From Octopus vulgaris (lineage: Eukaryota): a stretch of DNA of 64,000 nt. Of this stretch, positions 48,930 to 62,180 are shown in pieces. The number at the start of each line of letters is the position of its first letter. Position 1 is the stretch's first letter. The notes under the pieces were generated by a model. It did no database searches, was not told the DNA's origin, and saw nothing but the letters and a program-made list of their open reading frames with translations. The position numbers and the translations under genes were made by a program. The stretch lies in the NCBI GenBank assembly GCA_951406725.2, contig OX597821.1:56792001-56856000 (forward strand), in the 5' to 3' direction.

Positions 48930-50794
48930 TGCAAATGAGAATCACAATTTAAAATCTCATGTGACATACACATAGTTGTATGGGTATTCGAGTTATTTGT
49001 TATTTGTGAATTCGGGTTATTTGTTTTTTGACACATGCGTTCGTATGTGAATGTAGACTCATATATATGGATAGAATGAACTTTCTTTACCCTGCTGTAT
49101 TACGTCAAGCTTCTTATGGCCACGCCTTTGCATTCCAAGGACAAGATTATCTAGAAAACATTTGAATCCTTATTCTCTCTGTAAAAAAGGTTTACTCTGC
49201 TACGATTAGGCTTATCAGCAGCAGCTGCCCTTAGATGTTATCAGAGATAGTTATATTGCTACAACAATACGCAAGACATATGAACGTTCAAAAAGCATCA
49301 TAAGTAACCTTCATGGAATATTTCCCTCAAACATTCTACTGAATTCTTATAAAACTAAACTAAAATGATATTTTGTAAGTGAAAATAATAAAACGTACAA
49401 ATACCTTATTTAAAATCAGCAAATTGTGACATTTTATACGAAGTTAAAAACGGGGTATACCATCAGAATATTAGACATAAGTGATTCTACTGACCATAGA
49501 ATTAGTTTGCACTGATAGTAATTGAAGCACATGTCTTTTACTTGAAATAAACCATGAAGGTTAGAGCCATCAGTAAAAGTTGTGGTTTAATTCAATTCGA
49601 AGATAGGGCAGTAAATATATGTAATTCTTTTTTTGTTTTTAAAAGTTCATCATGTGACTATAGTTAGTTGTCTAAATGTCGTAGTGATATCCATTAATAG
49701 TTTGTGTGTATAAGAAGACTGAAAATACCAAAATAATTGCAGCCCACGTTAAGGGCAGGCTATAATCGCATTCTCGGCGTAGAGAATATAAAACGATCTA
49801 TAGTGAATAGAAACAACATTTTTGTACGCACACATTTTACTTTATTAAGACTTATATTGAAATATACACATATGCTAATTGAGTGTGAAGGAATGTATGA
49901 AAACCAGTTAATCCATGCTTAATTCATTACATTAACCATAAACACGATACGGTGACAGTATTGTACCTACTGTATCCAGAAAAGATTTAATGTGCTAGAT
50001 ATAAATAACAGGAAATAAATTCTTTACTTTAAAAAACTTTGAAAGCAAATGTTATAGCCTTGTTCGGCAATGATTTAATCTCACACGCAGTTAAAACATA
50101 ATTCTTGAAATAGATAAGTTTAGTAGAATGGAATAGATAAGGCTGACATGAAGCACTGAAAGGGAACTTTACAGATACTGATAAATAAACTGACACAACG
50201 TGAAGAAGCTAAAAAAAAAAAAATACTGTTCTAATCTTTCTACAGTACAGCAGCAATTTGCTTAGAGTGTGGTTTGATTCAGAATATCTGTTTAAACTTG
50301 TTCTATTGATAGTAGAGTATCTAACTGTAGCAGCATTCATACATGCATATGCATTCCTCTGTGTGTGTGTGTGTGTGTGTCTGTGTCTGTGTCTGTGTCT
50401 GTGTGTGTGTATGTGTGTGTGCGAGTGTGCATACACACCTACAAACATATATATATATAGACACACACACACACACATAACACACACACACAACACACAC
50501 ACAAACAGTGAAAGAGAGAGAGAGCAAAGTCTCTTACAGCTGTTTATGGAATTCCTGAGCCAATGGAATAACTGGGCTGTTTGATACTTTACTTATCAAC
50601 CATAAGTGTTCTATACTTTATACTTTATTTGTATTTTATATTATGAAGCAGGTACCACTTCAAGCCGCTTTGGACAGGCAATTTCAACACCTCATTCCCA
50701 TTTGCACTTGAAGCAGAGTTTTAGTGATAAACTGATCTGAGCTCTGATCGAACAAACTTATTAATCGACGTCTGCTCCTTGCATTTCCTATATA

Positions 50795-50852
<58 letters not shown>

Positions 50853-51478
50853 TGAGTCCGTGTGTGTATGTGTGTGTGGGTGTAAAAGTATCGATATACC
50901 ATCAAAATATGAGACAAATGCTTCTACTGATCATAGAATTACATTTGTACTGAGGATAATTGATGCATTTGTCTTTCATTTCAACATATATATATACATG
51001 ATGAAATAATATTCATCATTGCTACTGAAACAATTGTAGAAACATATTTTGAACGAATATACCTTTCTCCTATTACACTATCTGTATATTCCTGCCTTTA
51101 GGCTTTCACTCCATACACACCATGTCAATGTGAATCGTTCTCAGCCGAAAGACGCCATTGTTATTTCTTGTTGTTTGTATTCGTAATACTGTACCATATT
51201 CTCCGTTTTTTTTGCTTGTTTTTTTTTTGTCTTTGTTGTCGTACACTTTCGCTAGCTTTCTTACAAAGGGGTCTAATGCTCTTAGCTTAGGCTTTTGGGG
51301 GGAACAACCAGATCGAACCATCTCAAGTGTAACTGTCTGAAATGATTGTGACTTCTGGTACTTGACTGAAGAAAGAAAGCCAAGAATGACCGGTCTTTTT
51401 TGCCTGTCCTTCTAAATGTTGTTTCTCTTATCCGCCTTTGTGTCGTCTATCTGTCTGAACGTTTTAATGCCCTCTATT

Positions 51479-51756
51479 GCGTATATATATATTAAAAATG
51501 GGGGAGGCCGGTTTATGGGATTGTCTTAGGTTTACCGTCCATAAAGTTTTAGCTATATGGCGTATCGTCAGATACCAAAAACCTGTTGGTTCCTGACCTC
51601 TTAAAAAAATGATCCAAACGTAATTTTGTTTTAAGAGGTCAGGAGCCAACAGGTTTTTGGTATCTGACGATACATCATAAAGCTAAACCCATTATGGGGC
51701 GGGAAACCTAAGGTAATCCCATAAACTAGCCTTCTCCATTTTTTAATATATACCGC
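51479..51756. repeat. Foldback hairpin element (~128-bp arms, ~22-nt loop)
   Basis: Inner 45 bp (51562-51606 / 51629-51673) pair with a single wobble; outer arms imperfect. Confidence 0.9.
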
Positions 51757-51964
51757 TCAGCATATTAGACTTTCGGATTTATGTTTTTCATATTCCCAGA
51801 CCGCTAGTTTCCTGTGTTATTAAGGAAAACACTTCATTTCGCGTTCCTCCAGCCCACTCAAATGTAAATAGGTGTAACCCTGTGACGTCCGGGAAAAGCT
51901 CCCTAAACGACACCGAGTATTGAAGAACACATAAAAGTCACAGAACAAGTGTAATTCAATATAC

Positions 51965-52131
51965 ATGGCTGTGTAGTAAGAAGCTTGCTTCCTAACCATT
52001 TGGTCCCGGGTTTAGTCCTAATGCGCGGCATCTTCGGCAGGTGTCTTCTACTATAGCCTCGGGCGGACCAAAGTCTTGTGAGTGGATTTGGTAGACGGAA
52101 ACTGAAAGAAACCCGGCGTGTATATATATAT

Positions 52132-52177
<46 letters not shown>

Positions 52178-52330
52178 CTGTATATATATTTATGTGTATG
52201 TGTCTTTGTGCCTGCGTTTGTACCCCACCATCGCTTGACAAACGACGTTGGTATGTTTATGTCTCTGAAACATAGCGGTTCGACAAAAGAGACTGAGAGA
52301 ATAAGTACTAGGATTACTAAGTACTGGGAA
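51965..52330 (+). mobile_element. SINE family B with internal (TA)n/(TG)n
   Basis: tRNA-like head ggctgtgtagtaagaagcttgcttcc, body gtgtcttctactatagcc..gatttggtagacggaaactgaaagaa, 3' block gcggttcg.caaaagag..gaataagtact. Confidence 0.7.
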
Positions 52331-52769
52331 ACCAACCAACTAAGGGATAGTACAAAAGGGAGTATTATAAGAATAGATACACATGCAAAGACTGTGTGCT
52401 ACACAAATATATACTAGTAATAGTAATAATAGTAATACAGAAAACAGTAAAAGATAACGATCAGTACCTTACGGCCGTTTCTGCCAAGAGGACACGATAT
52501 CCTCCATCTAGCTCTATCTCATCAGTGGTCTGTAGGGCTGGTCAGATAGAGTTTGGATGTTGAGTGAGCCTCTAGGCTTCATCAGAGGATTTAAATGGTT
52601 AGGAGAATCGATACATATAAGAGTCAGTTACTAACAGGTATAGTATATTTTTCTTATTAAAGATGGCATAAGAAGAATAGGAGCAAGACTTAGAGTGTGA
52701 GAGGAGTAAAATTTAGTAAAATGGATTAGGCATAGGAAAGGGAAATATGTTACAGACTTCGAGTGTTGC

Positions 52770-53562
52770 CTTCCCAGATTCTTGTTATTTTGTTCAGTGG
52801 TGGAAAGGTAGGTATAGAATTTGTCCAGATACCGTTTGAAAGTTGTAGGGTCTTTTTCTACTTTAATTTCTTTGGGGATAACATTGAAAAGCGCAGAACC
52901 ATTTGCAGTAAAGAAATTGTGTCGCAATGTTCTTATGTGATGTGATCTCAACCTTTGTAGGGGACGCATTGCACGGTGGCCTAGTCTTGGGTGAATTGTA
53001 AACATAATACCAATAACATTTGGATGATATTGGTGGAATATTTTCCACATGCTGTAAATAATGTATCGCTCACGGCAGCGTTGCAGAGAATAGAGCTTCA
53101 GCCGTTTACGTCGAACCCAATAATCAAATCCCATCATGCCATTTATTTATTTTTTTGTGATTGATCTTTGTGGCAGCAGTATTCGTGGTGGGACCTAGCG
53201 AGTGTAGAGAAGAGAAGGATGATGGTTTCATGATCCCTAGATTAGAAAGTTCTGAGGATCTATGAGCACATTCTGCGGGCAATATCGACTTTTTAGTTGA
53301 TGTTCACACTCCAACAGTTACACCTAAGTCTCTGATATTATCCAACGATTCAAGTAGGTCTCCCGATGGTAGTGTGTTTAGTTGTTTGAGTGTGCCCTCT
53401 CTTCCAAAGTGCATGAGATCAAATTTTTCTTCGTTCAACTGCATACTGTCTTTTTGTGCCCACAGGGTTACTGCGCATAGATCCGATTGAAGTATTGTTT
53501 GATCATATGCTCCATTAATGACTTTCTGGAGCTTAGAGGCATCTGCAAATATTAATCTTGAC
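52770..53562 (-). mobile_element. CR1/L2-group LINE 3' RT fragment
   Basis: IFADASKL, LQSDL..V..W...MQLNEEKF, RDLGV, DYW.R.KRLKLYSLQR.RERY, LFN.IPKEI, FKRYLDKF. Confidence 0.8.
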
Positions 53563-54923
53563 ATCGCTCCGATCCGACCAGCCCCAAGGAAAAACTAAGC
53601 TACGAGCATTAGATTTCTTGGGAAAAGGATCGAATGTATACGAAACAAGGACAGAAAAACGGACGATGCCACGCGAATATAAATACAAAAAATGGTAATA
53701 ACAGGACAAAAACAGCGGGTGTCTTACGATTAAAGACAGTACAACTTAGTTTAGCTGGCGTATTTTGGAAAAAAAATGCCTTTTTCGGCAGACGAAGACA
53801 ACAATATATATATATATATTTATATTTATATATATATATATATATATATACATATGAACCCAGTTATATTAGTTTCTCTCTTCTCTCAGTATTAAGTCCC
53901 CCACCATCTTCGTTAAATCTTTCTTAAAATTACATTGAAATAATAACCTCAATTCAATATACAGCTGCACAGCGAAACACACTACATACGTGTGCAATTA
54001 ATTCATGCGTATGTGCGCGCGTTAGTATGTGTGTATATGTCCCGGTCTCTGTGTTTATATCTTGTTACTTATAGATGCAATAATATTTACTAAACAAAGT
54101 GCAGACATACTAAAAGTACTGGAGCCGATATGATCGCTAAACCTTTCAAGGCGTGTTCTATTCGTCATGTTCGCATTTGCTTGACTGAATCAAAGAAGAA
54201 ATACATACATACATACATACATACATACATACATACATACATACATACATACATGTTTGAGAGCATCCTCCGAGACTATTCCTGTGTGGGAGCACACAGT
54301 TTTGCTATATAAAGCGGTTACATAAAGTATCATAACTAAATTATCGATAGTATTATTCGCCGCAAAAATTGAAATCAATGTAAGAGATTATTCAGTGAAT
54401 TAGAAAGGAGCGTTGGAAAAACGTATTTGAAATTCTGTTCAAATACAGAAAATTGTCGCCAGTATAATTTTAATATCCAAAGATTTAGCGAAATGAAATA
54501 TCTGAAGTTTGTCGATGTAAAAGATTTTAAGCATTCAGTTTTATCGGGATGTACTGCATAACATATGTAACAATTTCATAAGGAATTGAATGTTAGAGAA
54601 ATATGAAGAATTGTAGAGCAAATGTTTATGATGGAATGCTGGTTGTATTGATGAGTTTATCCTAATATGGTTATGGTAGTTGACCGAGAACATAACGGTT
54701 TCTATCACTCTCTCATTTGCATTAATTCTGCACATTACATGCCAACGACTGTACGTAGTAGCTTGTCTTGCTATAAATAACAGCGAAATTTCCTTGAACT
54801 TACAACGGTTTTCAAAATACATTCGGCAGTGTAGTCTACGTTAACCGTAGAAAGACAAGCGGTCTCATCTGAGACACATTTAAAATTAGGTTTTTAAAAC
54901 ATATTGGTTAAACAGCAACAACA

Positions 54924-55304
54924 GGAGGCGCAATGGCCCAGTGGTTAGGGTAGCGGTCTCGCGGTCGGAGGATCGCAGTTTCGATTCCCAGACCGGGTGT
55001 CGTGTGTGTTTATTGAGCGAAAACACCTAAAGCTCCATGAAGCTCCGGCAGGGGGGAGAGTGGCGACCCCTGTTGTACTCTATCGCTCCAACTTTCTCTC
55101 ACTCTTTCTTTCTGTTTCTTATCCCCATCTTCCTACGCAACCGCTGAGCCTGGATGCACATTCATTCATCCGTCGATGCTCTCGGTGTCGGTGGTTGACC
55201 TGCTTTCTCTTCTGCAGGTCTTACGAATAGCAAAGGACCACGTTTCGGACTTCTCCCACTCTGGGACGAAGACCACTTCGCTCAACAAACAAACAAACAA
55301 ACAG
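54924..55304 (+). mobile_element. tRNA-derived SINE (family C), full length with (CAAA)n tail and candidate 10-bp TSD
   Basis: A box TGGCCCAGTGG, B box GTTTCGATTCC; 3' stem-loop cttc-tccc..ggga-c-gaag; cagcaacaac at 54913-54922 and 55305-55314. Confidence 0.85.
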
Positions 55305-55429
55305 CAGCAACAACCGCCGTGCCACCATATATATGTGTGTGTGTGTACGCCCGCGGGCAGTGCGTGTATTTACCTATATACATATATATGTGCATTTAAA
55401 CACACACACACACACATTGAAGGATTATA

Positions 55430-55930
55430 AAGTCAGTATTCGTCAAAATACATTTCATTTTTAAAATTTGATATAATTTACACACAGAATCTAATACTTT
55501 ATGAACAACTGTTTTCTAACTGATGACCGTTCATACCCAAGCACTGCTGATAATATTAAACAATGGGATCAAGAAACATTTTGTTCGGTACTTGTGCACA
55601 TCTCCTTGAATGACTGTCCTAAGCGTTCCCATAACAAAAATCTACTAATTTGAGGTTCAGGGTAAGTGAAGAGTAATTCACTGAAACTCTTCATCCTATC
55701 CATCTCTTTGGCAAAATCTCATTAAGATAGATCATTATGATTGCGTGAGGGTACTCCATGTTGCCGCGGAAATAATACTCCATATCTTCCAAATACCCCT
55801 TGAATGCATGACACTATAAATGGTCTCAGCAACATCAAGCACATTTATGCAAATTTCACTTATTCTAAGTGAAGTCTGACACGCTTCATTAGTTCTAATG
55901 AAATGAAATGAAAATTTGGTTACAAGCTGT
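55430..55930 (-). mobile_element. Decayed Tc1/mariner transposase 3' fragment
   Basis: Minus-strand remnants QHGVPSR, RWIG, PEPQISRFLLWE, resembling QDGAP.H..RWIGR..PDL..LDFFLW. Confidence 0.5.
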
Positions 55931-55942
55931 AGAAGGACACTC

Positions 55943-55995
<53 letters not shown>

Positions 55996-56032
55996 TGTGT
56001 GTGCACGCGCGCGCGCGTGTGTTTGTGTGTGT

Positions 56033-56064
<32 letters not shown>

Positions 56065-56117
56065 TATGATTTCGCTTGCGCATAGCGATACTAATAACCA
56101 GTTGTCAAAACTCAATA

Positions 56118-56688
56118 TATTGGGTTGTCCGGAAAGATCATGCCGATTTATAGTAGCTTACCTTTAGACTTAATTTAGAACATGGTTGAGTCCATAAAAT
56201 GGGATTTGACTACACCTCCATTTAGAGCACAGTTTAAGCTATCTTTTTCGTGGAATGAGGTTTATGTTCCTATAACCTGTGTTAATTCTGTAACCCTTTA
56301 AAATGGAAGATAAGAAAGTTCATTTTCGGCACTTGATACTTTGGGAACTAGACAAAAATTGCTGCAGTTCGGCTGGGATGTGTTACCCCACCCTCCATAT
56401 TCACCAGATATTGCTCCTTCGGATTTCCACTTATTCAGGTCTCTGCAGAATAGTCTTAATGGTAAAAATTTCAATTTCTTGGATGACGTAAAAAGATACC
56501 TTGATGAATTCTTTGCCATGAAACCACCTCAATTCTGGGAAGAGGGTGTTTTGAAGTTAATGGAAAGATGGGGACGCATTGTGCAACAAAATGGCTCATA
56601 TTTGGTTGATTAAAAACGTAATGGCAAGTATTTAATGACCTTTTTCTTTACTTTAAAAATCGGCACAAACGTTCCGGACAACCCAATA
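56118..56688 (+). mobile_element. mariner internal-deletion derivative with both TIRs
   Basis: TIRs tattgggttgtccggaa..tgccgattt / aaatcggca..ttccggacaacccaata; MEDKKVHFRHLIL joined to TRQKLLQFGWDVLPHPPYSPDIAPSDFHLF. Confidence 0.9.
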
Positions 56689-57032
56689 CATATACTTTAG
56701 AATAAAGTATTAGGCCTGTACAGAGTATCGTTTAAATTATCAAATGTCACGGGAACCGGAATTACCACTATTTTCCTGCTATAGTTTCTGCTATAAGAAG
56801 TAGTCCACCCAATGAGTGCTTGTGCAATGCAACATCTTATAGCATCCTCGGAGCAATCGAAGAAGCTCAATGTTGCACAAACATCCAGCTCTGATTATAC
56901 TTCTGTAAGCTAATGAAGTTGATTGCGGAATTCCTACTCCTTTGTTATTTAGTGTTGTATAAATACATACACACGCACGCACACGCCCAGCACATGCACA
57001 TGCACACACATACACATATATGAGAACATGTG

Positions 57033-57064
<32 letters not shown>

Positions 57065-57134
57065 TGTATGTATGTATGTATGTATGTAGTTTATAGACGA
57101 GAATCAGATATTCTCTGTTTAGAATACACTCTCT

Positions 57135-57345
57135 TTCTCTTTCTCTCTTTTACTTGTTTCAGTCACTTGACTGCGGCCATGCTGGAGCACCGCCTTTAGT
57201 CGAGCAAATCGACCCCGGGACTTATTCTTTGTAAGCCCAGTACTTATTCTGTCGGCCTCTTTTGCCGAACCGCTAAGTGACGGGGACATAGACACACCAG
57301 CATCGGTTGTCAAGCAATGCTAGGGGAACAAACACAGACACACAA
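57135..57345 (-). mobile_element. SINE family B 3' half
   Basis: Reverse complement of blocks at 52225-52315 and 58080-58245. Confidence 0.7.
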
Positions 57346-58077
57346 ACACACTTATTAGTGCTCAATAGATTTAAACTTTAGCGGGTATAGAAGTAAATTT
57401 AAGGATGACCAAGTTAAAGAGATCAATATATACAGTATATTAAATACATGAAATACAAAAAGATCTCTATATATTTACATACAAAAAGGTCCGACTTGCT
57501 CAGAATACAAATGATATAAAGAATTAGAGGGATTGAAGGAAAGTATTCCAAATCCAACAGCTGTTTCTGGGGACTAAGTGGTCCAAAATATTTTATGTAT
57601 GTATATATAAACGTCTTTATTTTCATAGAGAATATATACCGAAAATAGAATATATAATTTTATTTTATTTAACTTTCGTCTTTAAATTTTCAACAACAAA
57701 GACTCATTTCTAAAAATTGAATTACGTACGAATCAACATTTATTGTCACGGAGAAAAGAAAGAAAATTCCGCGCCAGACGCAACAGTGTTTTCCTTGGGG
57801 TTCTTTCCAACCGTCGTTACTTGCACAACAGAATAGCTTTAATATCAAATTTATTTCTGAACGCTAACATTAGTTCATTGAATAGAAAGGGAAATTACAT
57901 TACCTCCAATCATCAAACGTCATGTAGTACGTTTACTTGAAATTTATAAAGTAATTTAAAGCACAGACGTATAAAAACAATATATCTAAACACAAAATTA
58001 TGTGTGTGTGAATATATGTGTGCGCGCGTGTGTGTGTGTGTGTGTGTGTGGGTGTATGCAGAGTGTTTGAAGTGGTG

Positions 58078-58242
58078 TACAGATGCTGGTGTGTTTACGT
58101 GCCCGTAAGCTAGAGGTTCGATAAAAGATACCGATAAAATAAGTACCAGGCTTACAAAAAATAAAACCTAGAGTCGATTTGTTCGACTGAAGGTGGTGCT
58201 CGATCATGGCTGCAGTCAAATGACTGTCACAAGTAAAGCAAT

Positions 58243-58246
<4 letters not shown>
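58078..58246 (+). mobile_element. SINE family B 3' half
   Basis: gatgctggtgtgttta..aataagtaccaggcttac..ggtgctc..catggctgcagtcaaatgactg. Confidence 0.65.
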
Positions 58247-58303
<57 letters not shown>

Positions 58304-58360
58304 CTGTCGTGTTTACGCGCGTCTATGTCTGTGCTTGTAAAGAAGCACTAAATGCATGTG

Positions 58361-58438
<78 letters not shown>

Positions 58439-58442
<4 letters not shown>

Positions 58443-58595
58443 TGTTACAATTACTCAGTAGTCAAGATAAAACTCTGAGTTTCAGATGCCGAAAAGGAAA
58501 TCCACAACACCATCTCTTCGGTTATCTGGCCATCTGAAAAAACGTTATGAAAAAATACCGTTATATAAAGGGAAATTACTGTGTTATAATTCTGC
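58439..58595 (-). mobile_element. Copy of the 16454-16609 arm (hammerhead-like fold on the minus strand)
   Basis: High similarity to 16458-16609; follows (TA)n. Confidence 0.85.
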
Positions 58596-58974
58596 TACTT
58601 ATATAAAATAAGATTAAAATTTCATAGTAAACACGTAAACATGGTTAGTCATACGCTCACATGTACGCTCGCAGACCCACGTGCATACTTATACGTCACT
58701 ATGAAAACGTACACATCTTCACTCGCATTTTTAGCCAAATATAGGCATGTATATACAAACTCATACACACACATGCGTACCGTAAAAGTTCATACATACG
58801 TCTATATACGCACAAGCACAAGAAAAACCATGGTTAAACATAACAGAAAAAAACATAAGGAAGTATATAAAGCATAAAAACCACGTTCATATACGGACAT
58901 GCCCTTATGCACTCATACGCACACACAATATAAGAATGCATATATATATAGACGTTTTTACTTAGTATTTTTCC

Positions 58975-59300
58975 ATTTTTTAGGTGGAATAAAATAGAAT
59001 TTATAATACATAAAAAGGAATATTAACATACATGAACGTACATACACACACGCACACACACGCACACACGCACACATACACACATGCACATACACACACG
59101 CACACAACACACACACATATACACAAATATAATTGCCCCTTCTACGGAATAACTGAAATTAGTTACTTGCTTTCTCACAGTAAGGGACCTCGATTTTATC
59201 CGATAGCCGGATAACTGAAGAGATGGTGGCGTGGATTTCCACCTCGACATCCGAAACTCGGAGTTTTATCATGGCTACCGAATAATTATCACATATTACA
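58975..59300 (+). mobile_element. Non-coding repeat carrying the hammerhead-like fold; 5' part repeated in inverted orientation at 62181-62382
   Basis: 58975-59180 is a near reverse complement of 62181-62382. Confidence 0.75.
59204..59277 (+). ncRNA. Type I hammerhead-like ribozyme fold
   Basis: tagccggataa CTGAAGA gatg..gtgg-attt-ccac..catc c GAAA ctc-g-gag TT ttatc-a-tggcta; stems I, II and III all pair. Confidence 0.6.
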
Positions 59301-59311
59301 TTTACAGATAG

Positions 59312-59353
<42 letters not shown>

Positions 59354-59430
59354 GTGTGTGTGTGTGTAATATATATTTATACATGTATAAATGCTAGTAT
59401 ATATGCATGGATATAGACGCATACACCAAC

Positions 59431-59484
<54 letters not shown>

Positions 59485-60019
59485 GTACAGGACGTCACAA
59501 ACAGTAAACAACATGAAATACGGAAACAATTGAATACGCAAACAACAAGGGAGACAGAGCAAGTAACATAAAGAACGACCCTTCGTCAGTTGTCGGCTGC
59601 CTATCTACTTCTCATTTCGAGCATTGAACAACAATATGAGCCTTCGAAGTCAATCTTCGAAGATAAACTCTTTGATGCGACTCTACCCTGTACTATTGTC
59701 TCCTCCTATCGTTTTCTCTCAGCCTTTCTCTAATTCCGTTTTTCCTCCCCTTCATCGTTTTCTATCTCTCTCTCCCCCTCTTTCTCCCTTACTCTCTCTC
59801 TCTCGTTGCTCACAAGTGACCATCGTCCATCTTTCTTTTCCTTACGTGATCATCTTTCTTTTCTTTCAGGGCTGTCCTAGAGGCTGGACTATCCTATCTA
59901 TCTCTCTCTTCTATCTTTTCTCTTGTCAAAGCAAATATTTCTCCAGCGTTCGTTATTTTATCCACGTTCTGGGCTAACAACCCTCCATGTTTGTTTTCGG
60001 TTTCCTTTCAGTTGAGGTA

Positions 60020-60152
60020 TGAGTGTGAGTCTATGTGTTTGTTGTGGATGGAGGTGGTGAAAGTGGAGTGATCAATGCAGACCGAAATGTCAAGAAAAGA
60101 GACAGAAGTGTCAGAGGTAGTGCAGGAGAAGTTGAGGGCAGGATGGAAAGAT
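60020..60152 (-). pseudogene. PLE RT fragment related to the 3195-5324 element
   Basis: SFHPALNFSCTTSDTSVSFLDISVCIDHSTFTTSIHNKH vs SFHPALHFTSTISNTSVSFLDISVSILHSTLTTSIHYKH. Confidence 0.8.
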
Positions 60153-61334
60153 TTGACAAATCCTGCCTGACAAGCAGCGACCACATCTTCTCACCGTTAA
60201 GGAAATGCTGGAGATGTTGCAGTCTCAGTGCATGTCCAGTCCTTCACTCAGCATCTGTTCATCGTAAATCCGATGAACAGAGCACAGATCTCTTACGCTC
60301 CGACTGGAAACCACGGATAGTGTGGCGGCCAGAGATTCTGTCTTGAAGAGCACTTAAATACCAGCAAGCCTCTTTGCTGTAGAGATATGCCGAATATCAG
60401 AAACTAATTCTTTCTGTGCACCTTCCACATTTGCCTGACAAGCCGTCTCCAGCCGCTTTGCATTTATAGAAATACATCGATAAATTATGTGTTTCTGCCA
60501 ACACCTCGGTGGGGATGACAATATCCACTCGCGTTTTCTCCAGCCCTATCAATTTAGCCACTTGGGCTAGGCATACATCCCTCTGTAGGATACTCATTCT
60601 GTGCCTTTCGTAACTATATCTGCTAATGTATTGTCATTCATGTTGTCGTAATTAACATTGGAAGTATTGTTGCTACTGTTGTTTTTGTTTTTATTCTATC
60701 ATACATTTTCTTGTTGCAATGGTATTGGTGGTTGGTGGTGGTGGTGGTGGTGGTGGTGGTGGTGGTTGTGGTGGCGGCGGCGGCGGTGGTTTTTGTCGTG
60801 CTCGAATTCTTATTGTTGCTGCTGTTAGTTTATGTCTTTGGTACTGTCTCATTTATTGCGTGAGGGCAGCTTCATAATAAGAATTATGATTCCACGCTGT
60901 ATTTTGGTTGTTGTTGTTTGTTGTCATAGTCGCAGTGAGTTTTTCATTGTACACTGAATTTGGTGAATGCCCACCTAACCCTTCTCTTTGAGAGCAGAAG
61001 GCAGAGAGCTCTGATGCTTGCTATTCACTATCAAAGTTACCTTCTTAATTTCTCTTCCATGTCTTTTAGCAAGTCTGGTGTCGCCAAGACTGTTTATAAA
61101 ATTATTTCTTCGAAAACAAAACGACAATATTCTTTTCAAAATTGCGCCCCACCGCCCCACCGCCAAAAAAAATCACAAAAGAAAAAAATGAAAAGCCAAA
61201 TCTATGCATTGTAGTGATTTTAACAAACGTTTTGTAACAAAACAACTTTTAGAGACAAAAACAAAAGTAAAATTCTTGCGAGCAAAATGAGACATAACTT
61301 CCGCTACTATGAATAATGATAATAATAACCTTTT

Positions 61335-61537
61335 CTATTATAAGTGGAAGGCCTGGAACTTTGGGGAAGGTGGATAATTGATTACATCGACCCCAGTTCT
61401 CAACTGGTACTTAATTTATCGACCCCTAAAAGATGAAAGGCAAAGTCGACCTCGGCGGAATTTGAACTCATAACGTAGCGGCAGACTAAATACCGCTAAG
61501 CATTTTGCCCGGCATGCTAACGATTCTGTCAGCTCGC

Positions 61538-61538
<1 letters not shown>
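61335..61538 (-). mobile_element. SINE family A copy
   Basis: Reverse complement of 43185-43345. Confidence 0.75.
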
Positions 61539-61539
<1 letters not shown>

Positions 61540-61612
<73 letters not shown>

Positions 61613-61701
61613 CATTATCATCATCATCATTATTATTATTATTATTATCATTATTATTATTATCATTATTATTATTATTATTATCATCATCATCATCATC
61701 A

Positions 61702-61748
<47 letters not shown>

Positions 61749-61760
61749 GTTATTATGATA
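61540..61760. repeat. (TAT)n/(CAT)n microsatellite
   Basis: Read directly. Confidence 0.95.
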
Positions 61761-62006
61761 ATGGTGTGACCTGAAGATACATACACACACACGTATGTGT
61801 GTGTGTGTGTGTTTGTGTGTATGTGTATTTGAATAATTTTTCAGAAAAGTTCTTGTTAGTCATCATATGTGAAGAAGGATAAAAAAATTATCAATTAAAT
61901 AATAAAAAAAAAAGACTCGCAAAAACAGAATGACTCAAATCTTAGAAAGAACAAATAATTCTTGATTGAAAAAATCTGACCTTAATACACACACATATCA
62001 TATATG

Positions 62007-62093
<87 letters not shown>

Positions 62094-62180
62094 AGTGTAT
62101 GTAATGCGGTAGTTTTGGGAGTTGGTCATTCTTCATAATTAATAGATGAAGGGACGACATAGAAATGGAGGAAATTCTAC

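Noticed and set aside
60160-60600. Possible host exon
   Set aside because: Short open frames with no recognisable domain or clear splice structure; adjoins TE fragments
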